A stretch of 41,363 nt of DNA from a virus. The stretch lies in IMG/VR virus record IMGVR_UViG_3300045988_121266, one strand, 5' to 3'. Shown in pieces: positions 8,328 to 18,348 of the stretch. The notes beneath the pieces were generated by a model. The model made no database searches and was not told where the DNA came from. It was given only the letters and a program-made list of their open reading frames with translations. Position 1 is the stretch's first letter; each line of letters opens with the position of its first letter. The position numbers and the translations under genes were made by a program.

Positions 8328-8864
8328 GTGAAGAACAGAAAGTTATTTGGACTGCAGTTATTTGCAGAAGCAGTAGCAGGAAAAAAGATCGTATATCTGT
8401 ACCGTATCCTGAGTACAGAGAAAGATCATGATGCAACAGCACTTGCGTTTACAACAGAAAATGAACGTACAAAGTCGAAGGATGCTGATTCGACAGTGAC
8501 AAAAGATGGTACAGTACGTACACCGGGGGCAGCAGAAGGAGAAATCACAGCATCAAGCCTTTTGAAAAAAGGAGATGAGTTCATCGATGAGTTGGAAGCA
8601 GCACTCGACGATGATGAAAAGATGGAGATCTGGGAAGTAAACTTAGCAGAGCCGCAGGCGAGCTCGACTGATAAATTTAAGGCAAAATACTTCCAGGGAT
8701 ATCTTACGGAAATTGATAAGACATCCAATGCAGAGGATAATGTAGAGTTATCATTGACATTTGGACTGGAAGGAAAAGGCGTAGATGGCTATGCAACAGT
8801 TACTGCAGAACAGCAGGAAGTAGCAGCATATGTATTTGCAGACACTCAGAAGACAGGAGCTTAA
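8328..8864 (+). CDS. Major tail (tube) protein, phi13-like, with an L27-like N-terminal leader
   Basis: About 180 aa, followed by a strong terminator and the G/GT chaperone pair. The leader is (MTI)VKNRKLFGLQLF/AEAV. ATG 8319 directly abuts AGGAG with no spacer, so GTG 8328 (9-nt spacing) is preferred. Confidence 0.75.
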   Translation: MKNRKLFGLQLFAEAVAGKKIVYLYRILSTEKDHDATALAFTTENERTKSKDADSTVTKDGTVRTPGAAEGEITASSLLKKGDEFIDELEAALDDDEKMEIWEVNLAEPQASSTDKFKAKYFQGYLTEIDKTSNAEDNVELSLTFGLEGKGVDGYATVTAEQQEVAAYVFADTQKTGA

Positions 8865-8893
8865 GAGGGCGAGAAGAATCGTCCTCTTTTTTT
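8864..8893 (+). terminator. Rho-independent terminator after the major tail gene
   Basis: AGAGGGCGA-gaagaa-TCGTCCTCT forms a 9-bp stem with one G-U pair, followed by a T7 run. Confidence 0.8.
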
Positions 8894-8896
8894 GAT

Positions 8897-8910
8897 GTGC
8901 GACATCGCGC
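8897..8910. promoter_or_regulatory. Copy A of the recurrent palindrome GTGCGA-NN-TCGCAC (here GTGCGACATCGCGC)
   Basis: It lies 3 nt after the terminator T-run and immediately 5' of the RBS GGAAGGGAGA of the chaperone gene. Confidence 0.45.
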
Positions 8911-8929
8911 GGAAGGGAGATAAAACAAT

Positions 8930-9322
8930 ATGATGGAACTTACAATCAACGGAACAGTATATCAGTTTAAATTCGGGATGGGATTCTTAAGAGAAGCAAA
9001 TAAGCTTACCGTAGTTCCGGTTCAGGGAATGCCGGGAACAACAAAAGAGATAGGAGCAAGGTATCTGATCGCTAGTGTTGTGGTTGATCAGGAACCGAAT
9101 GCACTGGTAGATCTGTTAGATTTGGCGAATAAGGGAGAGAATCCAAGAGTAACAAAGGCAATGTTAGATTCTTACATTGATTCGGAAGAGGTAGACATCG
9201 ATGAGCTCATGGAGAAAACAAAAGATTTTTTATCGAAAACAAATGCTACCAAGAAAGCAGTGAAAGAGATCTTGAAAGAGTACGAGGAACAGATGGCGAA
9301 GAAGAAGGCTCAGGAGCTGTAG
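8930..9322 (+). CDS. Tail assembly chaperone (G-like)
   Basis: 130 aa, located between the major tail and tape-measure genes. Begins MMELTINGTVYQFKFGMGFLREANKL. Confidence 0.8.
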   Translation: MMELTINGTVYQFKFGMGFLREANKLTVVPVQGMPGTTKEIGARYLIASVVVDQEPNALVDLLDLANKGENPRVTKAMLDSYIDSEEVDIDELMEKTKDFLSKTNATKKAVKEILKEYEEQMAKKKAQEL

Positions 9323-9657
9323 AAGAAGACCTATATAAGACCGTAGCAAGGAATTGCTTCCGGTATTTTGGCTTCACGTCATTTAAACAGGTGGATCAGC
9401 TGACATTGGCAGAATATGAACTTATGATGGAGGCTTTAGAGCTTCGGATGCTTGACGAGAGTTTACATGAACATCGTCAGGCATTTTTGAATTTTGCGGT
9501 AAAGGCAGAAAAGAAAGCTGGCAAAGGCAAGACCAAACCAGTTTACAAGAGATTCCGGCAGTTCTTTGATTTCGATAAAGAACTGAAAAAAATGAAGAAT
9601 CGAAGGAAACCATCCAGATTTGCTGGAATAACCAAACTGCTGGATAGAGAGGAGTGA
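8930..9657 (+). CDS. Tail assembly chaperone frameshift product (GT-like), made by a -1 shift at 9226-9232
   Basis: The -1 frame is open from 9205 to 9657 and contains ...EEDLYKTVARNCFRYFGFTSFKQVDQLTLAEYELMMEALELR. The canonical heptamer T TTT TTA is in the zero frame at 9226-9232. Confidence 0.7.
9226..9232 (+). other. Programmed -1 ribosomal frameshift slippery heptamer (U UUU UUA)
   Basis: Zero-frame codons gat ttt tta match X XXY YYZ. The downstream -1 frame is open for 142 codons up to the tape-measure RBS. Confidence 0.65.
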
Positions 9658-9661
9658 GAGG

Positions 9662-12661
9662 ATGGCAGAGTCGTATAGTGTAAAAGCAATATTATCAGCG
9701 CAGGACAAAAACTTTTCATCCATTATGAAATCATGCCAGGGATATGCAAATAATCTGAAAACTACTCTCACCGGCGGTCTTGGATTTGGTGCAATGGCTG
9801 CAATCGGCGGGAAGGCGATGTCGCTGGTGACAAATTCAGTCAGTGATTTGTCGAAAGAGACGATAGAAACATCGGATTCCATGTATAAGTTGCAGGCAGC
9901 TATGAGATTTTCCGGGTATTCCGAAGCGGAAATACAGAGAATAGCCGGAGCAACAGGTACATTAAAAACATATGCAGATAAAACAGTATTCTCCCTGCAG
10001 GATGTTATGGGTACATTCGGCTCACTTTCGGCAAATGGAATCAAAGACGCAGACAAGTTGACGGAAGCAGTCGGTAATGCAGTTGCTGTATTTGGTGGAG
10101 GTGCAAAGGAATATTCCTCGGTAGCACTTGCGTTTTCACAGGCAATGGCGGCAGGAGCTTTACATGCTCAGGATTGGAACCAGATCATTAATGCCAGTCC
10201 GCAGCTTGCTGGAGGCTTACGGAAAGAGCTGATTAAGCTGAATCCAACATTAGGGAACGACTTCAAAGGAGCAATGGAAAAGGGTGCAATTACCGCAGAC
10301 ATGCTCGGACAGGCTATCAATAACATTGGTATGACTGACATGGCGAAAGAAGCAGCCACATCCGTAACAACATTTGAAGGTGCTATGGGTAACTTAGAGG
10401 CATCTGCAGTAAGCGGAATGATGAAGCTTTATGATACTTTCGCAAAGCCTAAAGTGATTGATTCAATCAATGGGATGACCGGTAAGGTGGAGGCGGGATT
10501 TGACAAATTGTCCGTTGGAATTCCAAAAGCAATCGAACTTATATCTCCATACTGGAACGTGCTGAAAACAGATGCAAAAGAGGTAGGGACAGCCTTTGGA
10601 GAGGCAGCTGGTGCGATTATTGACGAAGTACAGGAACTTACCGGAGCATTTGGAAAAAAGGAAAGTGTGGATAATTTCTCTGAAAGCATGGGAACAGCAA
10701 CAGATGCATTAACTACATTTGCGGATTTTCTAAAAGATCATGATAAAGAAGTGGCAAAAGCAATTACGCTGTTACCGAAATTATATGTTGCTTTTAAAGG
10801 CTTTAAAATAGTCAGTGCAATCGCCCCTGGTGTCAAAACTTTTGCGGGCGCAATTGTAAGCATGACAGGAAAAGGAATAGCGACGCTGGCAGGTAAGTTA
10901 TTTGGCGTAGCAGCGGGTGAAAAAGCGGTAGGCACTGCAAGTAAAGAATCATCAGGGACTATCGTAGAATCAGCAAAAGCATTTGTAGCGATCGGAGCAG
11001 GAGTAGCATTGATTGCAGCAGGATTTTCCCTTTTGGCATATTCAGCCGTGCAAATCGCACAAGCTGGACCACTGGCAGCAGGAGTACTGATCGGCATGAC
11101 GGTTGCAGTGGCAGGCTTAATGGTTGTTGCCAAAAATGTGGCGCCGGCTATGACGGTCGGAGCAACCGGATTCATTGCCTTTGGTGCGGCTGTCCTGATA
11201 GCGGCAGCGGGGATTGCTGTATTATCACTGGCGGCTGTTAATCTGGCGAATGCGGGACCGCTTGCTATAGGCTGTATGGTTGGTATGGTTGCGGCAATTG
11301 CCGGACTTGCCCTTGGCGCAGCAGCACTAGGACCGGCATTGACAGCCGGAGCAGTAGGTCTCGTTGCCTTTGGTGTAGCTATATTACTGGTTTCAACCGG
11401 AGCACTGCTGGCAAGTGTTGGGCTTGCCATAGTAGCAGGTGTGCTTCCGACCATTGTGCAATATGGAATTCAGGGAGCGGCTTGCATCGCAACTCTCGGA
11501 GCAGGCATGATCGTATTTGGCGCTGGGGCTGCAGTAGCCGGAGCGGGATGCATTGTCCTTGGTGCCGGACTTGTAGTGGTAGGTGCCGGACTTACGGTGG
11601 TTGGTGCAGCTGTCCTGATTGCGGCAGCGGGTGTGTTGCTTCTGGCAGCAGGAGCACTTGCCCTTGGCGCCGGTCTTACGGTAGCTGGGGCAGGACTTCT
11701 GTTGATGGGAGCTGCATTCCCTGCTGTATCATCCGGAGCTTTAGCAACGGTAGGAGCACTGACAGCCTTAACAGCATTATCATTAGGTCTTGCGGCTGGA
11801 ATGGGAGCATCGGCTGTTGTAGTGGTAGCATTTGGAGCTGCTATGGCAGGCGGCGCAGTTGGCACCCTTGCAATGGTGGTAGCATTAAAGTCTGTTAATT
11901 CAAGCATGAAATCAATTGCATCCAATGCGAAGAGTGCTCAGAGCTCTTTAACAAGTATGAGATCCAGTGTGAACGTAGTGAATGCAGGACTGGATGCACT
12001 GGGAAGTAAGGCAAAATCTGCTATCAATGCGCTGATCAGTCAATTTACAAATGCAGAAGGAAAGGCAAAAAGCTCTGGTAATGCAGTTGGAAATAATTTT
12101 AATAGTGGAGTGTCAAGTGGCATGAGTCGCGCAGTATCTACGGCAAGATCCATGTCTGCGTCTACAGTATCAGCCATGAGATCAGCTGGATCCGGTTCAT
12201 ACAGTTGCGGTGTATATATAGGAGCTGGTCTTGCAAATGGTATGGCAAGTCAGGTTGGGCGTGTAAGATCTGTTGCGGCGCAGTTGGCAGCTGCAGCAGA
12301 GGCGGCAATTGTAGCAAAAGCTAAGATTGGAAGTCCGTCCAAGGTTACTCATAAACTGGGCGGCTATTTCGGTGAAGGATGGGTAAATGGAATTTCTGAT
12401 AGGGTCACAGATGCGAAAAAGGCAGTATGGAAACTGGTAGACATTCCGGATTTAGTTCCTGTTCCGGAAATTGGAGCTGGATTAAGAATCGGCATCGAAG
12501 ATTTGAATGATGATTATGACTACACCAGAAACGAAACCTATACCATTTACGTCCCTGTTGAAGTAGATGGCCGGCAGGTGGCAAAGGCAACGGCGAAATA
12601 CACCAAAGAAGAAATTGAACAGCAGCAGAAAAGAGATCTTCGAAAGAAAGGCATGAGATAA
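9662..12661 (+). CDS. Tail tape measure protein
   Basis: 999 aa. The N-terminal tape-measure domain pattern is FSLQDVMGTFGSLSANGIKDADKLTEAVGNAVAVFGGG...AQDWNQIINASPQLAGGLRKEL. A very long Gly/Ala/Val/Leu hydrophobic core follows. Position is after the G/GT pair. Confidence 0.95.
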   Translation: MAESYSVKAILSAQDKNFSSIMKSCQGYANNLKTTLTGGLGFGAMAAIGGKAMSLVTNSVSDLSKETIETSDSMYKLQAAMRFSGYSEAEIQRIAGATGTLKTYADKTVFSLQDVMGTFGSLSANGIKDADKLTEAVGNAVAVFGGGAKEYSSVALAFSQAMAAGALHAQDWNQIINASPQLAGGLRKELIKLNPTLGNDFKGAMEKGAITADMLGQAINNIGMTDMAKEAATSVTTFEGAMGNLEASAVSGMMKLYDTFAKPKVIDSINGMTGKVEAGFDKLSVGIPKAIELISPYWNVLKTDAKEVGTAFGEAAGAIIDEVQELTGAFGKKESVDNFSESMGTATDALTTFADFLKDHDKEVAKAITLLPKLYVAFKGFKIVSAIAPGVKTFAGAIVSMTGKGIATLAGKLFGVAAGEKAVGTASKESSGTIVESAKAFVAIGAGVALIAAGFSLLAYSAVQIAQAGPLAAGVLIGMTVAVAGLMVVAKNVAPAMTVGATGFIAFGAAVLIAAAGIAVLSLAAVNLANAGPLAIGCMVGMVAAIAGLALGAAALGPALTAGAVGLVAFGVAILLVSTGALLASVGLAIVAGVLPTIVQYGIQGAACIATLGAGMIVFGAGAAVAGAGCIVLGAGLVVVGAGLTVVGAAVLIAAAGVLLLAAGALALGAGLTVAGAGLLLMGAAFPAVSSGALATVGALTALTALSLGLAAGMGASAVVVVAFGAAMAGGAVGTLAMVVALKSVNSSMKSIASNAKSAQSSLTSMRSSVNVVNAGLDALGSKAKSAINALISQFTNAEGKAKSSGNAVGNNFNSGVSSGMSRAVSTARSMSASTVSAMRSAGSGSYSCGVYIGAGLANGMASQVGRVRSVAAQLAAAAEAAIVAKAKIGSPSKVTHKLGGYFGEGWVNGISDRVTDAKKAVWKLVDIPDLVPVPEIGAGLRIGIEDLNDDYDYTRNETYTIYVPVEVDGRQVAKATAKYTKEEIEQQQKRDLRKKGMR

Positions 12662-12672
12662 GGAGGGCAGAT

Positions 12673-14247
12673 ATGTATAAATTTGTAGACACTACAGAGA
12701 GACAGGAAGAGCAGATACTGCCCTCCGAAGCTCTCAATTTTAACGGAGTCTATTTTGAAAATGTAATCCCCGGATATCGGACACTATATGTGTCCGGCCG
12801 GGAGATGATCGAAACAGAAATTACAGATTTGGATACGGAGATTATGGATGGATCCAGATATCGAAGAAAACGGTATAAGCCGAGAACGATCACTGTCGGG
12901 TATCAGCTGATCGCTAAGAGTAATGCGGAATTCCGGAATGCTTATAACAAATTGAATTCATTACTTGATGTGGCAGAAGCGAAGCTGATCTTCTTGGACG
13001 AACCGGATAAGTATTATGTTGGAACGAAGGTGAATGCCGGCGATGTGCCGCATGGCAGGAATGCGATCACTGCAGAAATTGAGTTCTATTGCTCAGATCC
13101 ATTTAAATATTCCGTAGAAGAGTACGAGGTTGCGCCAACTGCAGATGACGGGACAACATTTGTTGTTGATTATAAAGGAACGTATAAAGCACATCCAACG
13201 TTCGAAGCAGCGATGGAAAATGGAGAGAATGGATTTGTCGGATTCGTTGATCAGGATAAACATATTTTACAGTTCGGAAACATCGAAGAGGAAGATGGGG
13301 AGACGTACAAAGAAAATGAGACATTGGCTACGCTTCAGGACTTTTTCAATGCACCGGATGATACATCTGGAACGGATTTTATGCATCCTTTCTACGGAGC
13401 AAAAGGATCCCTCGGAACATCAACATGGTTTAATACCAAGTTCCTTTCTTTGAAGTCTGCAGGGCAACAGGTTGGCCGCGCAAACGGTGGACTCAGAACC
13501 ATCATTCTTCCGGCGGACTCAACCGGTGATCAGGAAGGGTGTCAGAACTTTTATTCTTATTTCCATATCCTGTTTTATGCCGGATTGATGGGACAGACCG
13601 GAGAAATGTGTATTAACTACCTGACAGCAGACGATAAGCTTATTGCCGGTGTGAACTGGTATAAATCGGATATGAGCGGAAATACAGGACATTATGATCT
13701 AGTCTGCTACAATCCGAACAAGAAGAGTACCGATCAGCAGGCGGGACGTGTGCTGAAAACGTACACTTATATGACAAGTCATCTGCGGAAGCAAAATCCG
13801 TGGTACTGGAACTGGGGACATTGTGATCTTAGAAAAGAAGGCAGTAAACTTACATTTTTCTATAATGGCAGTTATCCGAGCTTCAATATTCCGGAAATAG
13901 CGGATATGAAATGTGCCAAGATTCAGATTGCGATTAAGCAGAGAGGAACAAGATCAGGGAATAAGTATCTTACATACAACGGGATCAATGCTTTTTATTT
14001 TCAAAAGTTGCACGTAGAAAAATGGAGAGATGTACCGAATAAATTTGCGCAGGACTGCAGTTTGATTGCAAATTGTTCAGATGGATCAATCCGGATGAAT
14101 GGTCTGCCAAAGCCGGATCTGGGAGCTCTTGGAAATGACTGGGAAACATTTTGCTTGAAGCCGGGAGTTAATCAGGTTCAATGCTTGTGCTCCAGCTGGG
14201 CGAAGAAACCGACGTTTAAAATGAAGTACAGGGAGGTGTTCTTGTGA
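12673..14247 (+). CDS. Distal tail protein (Dit) with a long C-terminal extension
   Basis: The N-terminal siphovirus tail-component pattern is [19 protein letters not shown]...[34 protein letters not shown]...[12 protein letters not shown]...[14 protein letters not shown]. At 524 aa it implies extra, probably carbohydrate-binding, insertions. Confidence 0.85.
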   Translation: MYKFVDTTERQEEQILPSEALNFNGVYFENVIPGYRTLYVSGREMIETEITDLDTEIMDGSRYRRKRYKPRTITVGYQLIAKSNAEFRNAYNKLNSLLDVAEAKLIFLDEPDKYYVGTKVNAGDVPHGRNAITAEIEFYCSDPFKYSVEEYEVAPTADDGTTFVVDYKGTYKAHPTFEAAMENGENGFVGFVDQDKHILQFGNIEEEDGETYKENETLATLQDFFNAPDDTSGTDFMHPFYGAKGSLGTSTWFNTKFLSLKSAGQQVGRANGGLRTIILPADSTGDQEGCQNFYSYFHILFYAGLMGQTGEMCINYLTADDKLIAGVNWYKSDMSGNTGHYDLVCYNPNKKSTDQQAGRVLKTYTYMTSHLRKQNPWYWNWGHCDLRKEGSKLTFFYNGSYPSFNIPEIADMKCAKIQIAIKQRGTRSGNKYLTYNGINAFYFQKLHVEKWRDVPNKFAQDCSLIANCSDGSIRMNGLPKPDLGALGNDWETFCLKPGVNQVQCLCSSWAKKPTFKMKYREVFL

Positions 14248-17200
14248 TCATATATTTTGCTGACAGGGCAATGAACATTCTTGGATCAGCATCTACCGGA
14301 CTGCCGAAGGGACTAATAATTACAAATGATAAAAAGACAGAAGAAATATCCGAAGGCGTGGCAATCTTTGAATGCAATTTGGATTACAATTTTGTAAATC
14401 CGGATGAGGACGAAGAACAGGAAGTTGATGTGAAGAAGCTTGCTGCAGTAGGAAATTTCATCTTAAAACAGAGTGCGGACAGCAGTGAAGTGGAAGTATA
14501 TACGATTATTGATTCGACGATAGATCCGATTCAAAGGGATGCCTCCATCTATGCTGAAGATGCGGGACTGGATCTGTTAAATGAAGTGGTCGGAAAATAT
14601 GCTGCAGATAAAGCTTATAACATTGCCTATTACATTAATAAATTTGCATATGATTCTGGATTTGAAATCGGAATCAATGAGGTAAGTAATCTTACAAGAA
14701 AGTTGTCCTGGGATGGTGAAGACACAGCGACAAAGAGATTACTGAGTGTAGCTACACAGTTTGACAACGCTGAGATTGGATTTGGCTTCAAAGTCGAGAA
14801 TATGGCTGTGACTGGAAAATACATCAATGTGTATAAGAATAGGGGGAATGATTCGGGTGTTACTTTGAATGTTGGCAAAGAGGTTAGCGGATTTCGAATC
14901 AAGAGTTCCATCGCAGATCTTGCAACAGCATACCGCTGTACCGGCGGAACACCGGAAGGATCAGAAAATCCGATTACATTAAATGGTTATAAGTACGATG
15001 ATGGAGATTTTTATGTAGAAGGATCCTATGTGAAATCCCGGAAAGCACTGGAAAAGTGGAGCCGGTATCAGATTAAGACAGAAAAGAATAAGAATGATGT
15101 TGGACATATCGTAAAATCCTTTACATACGATACGACATCGAAATCTGAATTGTGCAATCGAGCCGTATCCAGTCTTAAGAAGATCTGTGATGAAGCTGTT
15201 ACCTATGAGGTAGAGTTGTTATATCTTCCAGATGGGGTGAAGGTAGGTGACACGGTATCCATTGTTGATGATGACGATAATATATATCTTACTGCAAGAC
15301 TGTTGAAATTAGAGATGTCAGAATCGAACGATACAAAAGAAGCAGAGCTAGGGGATTATGTAAGACAGGGAAGCGGTATTGATGCAAAAGTTATGGAGTT
15401 GGCAGAGCGATTTGAGAAGATCGCTAAGAATCGTAATTTTTATACATGGACAGCCTTTGCAGATGATGAAAATGGAACGGGAATTTCGGCCAATGCTTAC
15501 GGAAAAGATTATCTCGGAATCGCTACGAACCGGCTTGCGAAAGAAGCTGATCTTTCCGATCCGACGCAGTACACATGGGTAAAGATAAAAGGTGAGCAGG
15601 GCATTCCGGGAACAGCGGGTAAAGATGGTAAAACAACATATTTCCATATGAAATATTCGGCGGTACCGAACCCGACATCATACAGTGACATGACGGAAAC
15701 ACCAAACAAATATATTGGAACTTATGCAGATTATGAACTGGATGACAGTACAGATCCATCGAAATATACGTGGGGAAAATTCCAAGGCGACAACGGCGAA
15801 GATGGTGCAGATGGAATTCCAGGGAAAAATGGAGAGAACGGCGAGACGAGTTATGTGCATTTTGCTTATGCGACCAGTGCGGATGGAAAAACTGGATTTT
15901 CGACAACAGATACTGTCGGGAAAACATATATGGGACAGTATGCAGATTTTGAAAAAGCTGATTCTGAAGATCCGACAAAGTATCGGTGGAGTAAATTTCA
16001 AGGTCCCCAGGGCCCACAAGGTGAACAAGGACCACAAGGCTTGCAGGGGTTACAAGGTGAGAAAGGTGAACAGGGTATCCCCGGTCCAACAGGAGAGACA
16101 GGTGCCACCGGAGCAACAGGTCCCCAAGGACCGGCAGGCAAAGATGGAACGAACGGAAAGACCAGTTACTTCCATATAAAATATTCCCCTGTAGAGAATC
16201 CAACCTCATCTCAGATGTCAGAAATACCGAATACCTATATCGGAACCTACGTGGACTATACAGAACAGGATTCGACAGATCCAAGCAAATATACCTGGTA
16301 CAGATTCCAAGGCTTACAGGGCGCACAGGGAACACAGGGAATCCCAGGAACCAATGGTGCAGATGGGAAAACATCATACTTGCACATTAAATACTCCAAT
16401 GATGGCGGTAAGACATTCACATCAAATTCTGGAGAAACAGTCGGGGATTACATTGGACAGTGTACGGACTTTAATCGGGCGGATCCTACTACGGTGGGAG
16501 CTTATACATGGAGTAAGATCAAAGGTGAAACAGGAGCGAAAGGCGAAAAAGGAGATAAGGGAGCCACAGGAGCTACAGGTCCTCAGGGACCTCAGGGAGT
16601 GAAAGGTGATACTGGTGCGACCGGACCACAAGGTGTAAAAGGTAATACAGGACCACAAGGACCACAGGGGCCACAAGGGCAGACAGGAACAGCTGGTAAA
16701 GATGGACAAATGCTCTATGCGACATGCGATACTGCAGCTGGAACCGTAGCGAAAGTTGCAAGTTTGGCGGCTGGAACATTATCTCTCAAAGCCGGAGCAA
16801 CAGTAGCTGTTAAATTTACTTATGCAAATACCGCATCCAGTCCAACACTTAATATTGCTGGTACAGGTACAAAAGCAATGTATATCCAAGGTGTCCGGGA
16901 TGTATATTGGACCGACGGAGCAACCGTAACCTTCACATATGACGGTATAAACTGGAGAGTGGCATCCGAACCAGTATATGCGCCAACAGCTACGATCGGT
17001 AATGCTGCTGGATTCAATGTGTTTATAGATGGAACCAGTGTACAAGTTAGGAAGGGGACTGAAGAACTTGCATCCTTCAAAGGTGACGAGATTCGATTAG
17101 GAGAGGGTGTCGATTGTGCAAAAGTATTTATAGGTGATCTGGAAATAGGTGTAGATGGAGCAGAAACATATCTTAGAAATTCATCTACGAGAATTTCAAC

Positions 17201-17630
17201 GAAGGCATCACATGAGGGCGGATCGGCATCAGTACCATCAGTAGTCGTTAATGATACAGATACGTATGTGAACGGCGAGAGTATGACTGCTTTATTTACA
17301 AAGGTGGATAACAAGACGAACAGAGAGTGGACATTACTAAAGAACCAGACCTCAGCAGGAAACTCCACAATTACAGTCGATGTATCGCAGTATTCAGAGT
17401 TCATGATCACGTGCGGACTTGCAAGCAGTACAAATGGAAATTATTACCGAGAACTTGCAAGCACGATCGTACCGGCACAGGTATTAACAAGTCGTTCTGT
17501 TGTAGATCACGGGTCCGGTTCACATCAAGCATATTATTCTAGTGCATACAATGGTGGGATCTCATATTTGAGTAGCAACAAGATTAAAATCTACAACAAC
17601 GGAGGTATCACAAGATTATACGCAAGATAA
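14244..17630 (+). CDS. Tail-associated / tail fibre protein (Tal-like N-terminus, collagen-like repeat stalk, C-terminal receptor-binding region)
   Basis: 1128 aa, with its GTG start overlapping the Dit stop. It lies after Dit. It has five collagen-like G-X-Y runs alternating with repeated ~50-aa modules (TSY-H-KYS...YIGtY-D...DP-kYtW-kFqG). Confidence 0.85.
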   Translation: MIIYFADRAMNILGSASTGLPKGLIITNDKKTEEISEGVAIFECNLDYNFVNPDEDEEQEVDVKKLAAVGNFILKQSADSSEVEVYTIIDSTIDPIQRDASIYAEDAGLDLLNEVVGKYAADKAYNIAYYINKFAYDSGFEIGINEVSNLTRKLSWDGEDTATKRLLSVATQFDNAEIGFGFKVENMAVTGKYINVYKNRGNDSGVTLNVGKEVSGFRIKSSIADLATAYRCTGGTPEGSENPITLNGYKYDDGDFYVEGSYVKSRKALEKWSRYQIKTEKNKNDVGHIVKSFTYDTTSKSELCNRAVSSLKKICDEAVTYEVELLYLPDGVKVGDTVSIVDDDDNIYLTARLLKLEMSESNDTKEAELGDYVRQGSGIDAKVMELAERFEKIAKNRNFYTWTAFADDENGTGISANAYGKDYLGIATNRLAKEADLSDPTQYTWVKIKGEQGIPGTAGKDGKTTYFHMKYSAVPNPTSYSDMTETPNKYIGTYADYELDDSTDPSKYTWGKFQGDNGEDGADGIPGKNGENGETSYVHFAYATSADGKTGFSTTDTVGKTYMGQYADFEKADSEDPTKYRWSKFQGPQGPQGEQGPQGLQGLQGEKGEQGIPGPTGETGATGATGPQGPAGKDGTNGKTSYFHIKYSPVENPTSSQMSEIPNTYIGTYVDYTEQDSTDPSKYTWYRFQGLQGAQGTQGIPGTNGADGKTSYLHIKYSNDGGKTFTSNSGETVGDYIGQCTDFNRADPTTVGAYTWSKIKGETGAKGEKGDKGATGATGPQGPQGVKGDTGATGPQGVKGNTGPQGPQGPQGQTGTAGKDGQMLYATCDTAAGTVAKVASLAAGTLSLKAGATVAVKFTYANTASSPTLNIAGTGTKAMYIQGVRDVYWTDGATVTFTYDGINWRVASEPVYAPTATIGNAAGFNVFIDGTSVQVRKGTEELASFKGDEIRLGEGVDCAKVFIGDLEIGVDGAETYLRNSSTRISTKASHEGGSASVPSVVVNDTDTYVNGESMTALFTKVDNKTNREWTLLKNQTSAGNSTITVDVSQYSEFMITCGLASSTNGNYYRELASTIVPAQVLTSRSVVDHGSGSHQAYYSSAYNGGISYLSSNKIKIYNNGGITRLYAR

Positions 17631-17706
17631 TCGGTTGAAAATGAATCTTTCTTGGAAAACTTCTCCTTCTGCTGTATAATGACAGTGGAAGGAGAGTGTA
17701 GTAATA

Positions 17707-18348
17707 ATGAATAAAATGTTACAGTTCTTTAGCGAAAATAAAGATGCTTTAACTTCAATCGGAATATTACTTACTTTTTTAATCAGCAGTATTTCGCTTT
17801 ATTTTTCTGTTAGAAACAACAAAGCAGTACATTATGTCAATGCTGTTACCCAAAATAGAGTTGAGTGGTTATACAAATTCAGAGAATATATATCAGATTT
17901 GATTAGTACAACAACGATTGATAATGTAGACAAGGGGATGAAAGATTCAGATACATATAGAAAGCATATAAGTGAAATAGAAAAATTGAGATTTTTAATA
18001 CATATGCATTTAAATTTTTCAGATGAAATTGATAGGAATATTGATAGGTGCGTAGAAAAGCTAGTCTTTTATTACCAAGGACTGCGTGCTTCGTATTTAC
18101 GATATTATGAAAAAGAATGTTACGAAAAAGAGTTTCGCCAAGAATTGGAAAAATATTTGATAAATAGGAGTATATGGGAAGAAAAACTCTTGAGACATGT
18201 TCGAGTGTATCTGAAATTTGAATGGAATAGAATTAAAATCGAAGCGACTGGAAGGACATATAAGAAAAATAAGCAATGTGAAGATTTGAAAAAATTATAT
18301 GAATTATATGATGGCAATAATAAGAAGAATCATAATGAGAGAGGTTAA
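17707..18348 (+). CDS. Hypothetical membrane-anchored protein (AT-rich moron between the tail fibre and the lysis cassette)
   Basis: 213 aa with one N-terminal TM helix (LTSIGILLTFLISSISLYFSV) followed by a charged helical domain. The region is visibly more AT-rich than its flanks, and the gene has its own terminator. Confidence 0.7.
   Translation: MNKMLQFFSENKDALTSIGILLTFLISSISLYFSVRNNKAVHYVNAVTQNRVEWLYKFREYISDLISTTTIDNVDKGMKDSDTYRKHISEIEKLRFLIHMHLNFSDEIDRNIDRCVEKLVFYYQGLRASYLRYYEKECYEKEFRQELEKYLINRSIWEEKLLRHVRVYLKFEWNRIKIEATGRTYKKNKQCEDLKKLYELYDGNNKKNHNERG

Noticed and set aside
10738-11925. Long ORFs on the minus strand and in an alternative + frame inside the tape measure gene (238 aa, 151 aa and 138 aa; Ala/Pro/Thr- or Cys/Arg/Ser-rich).
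   Set aside because: They mirror the GC-rich Gly/Ala codon repeats of the tape-measure hydrophobic core. They have no RBS and low-complexity composition, and they are fully nested in a confidently called gene.
16002-16709. Periodic nucleotide repeats that could be mistaken for a non-coding tandem repeat or a CRISPR-like array.
   Set aside because: The period is 9 nt, in frame, and encodes G-X-Y collagen-like triplets inside a long ORF. There is no repeat-spacer architecture.
15348-16779. Several minus-strand and alternative-frame ORFs (up to 284 aa) within the tail fibre gene.
   Set aside because: The periodic collagen-like GGN-NNN-NNN coding keeps other frames open. There are no RBSs and the sequences are implausible.
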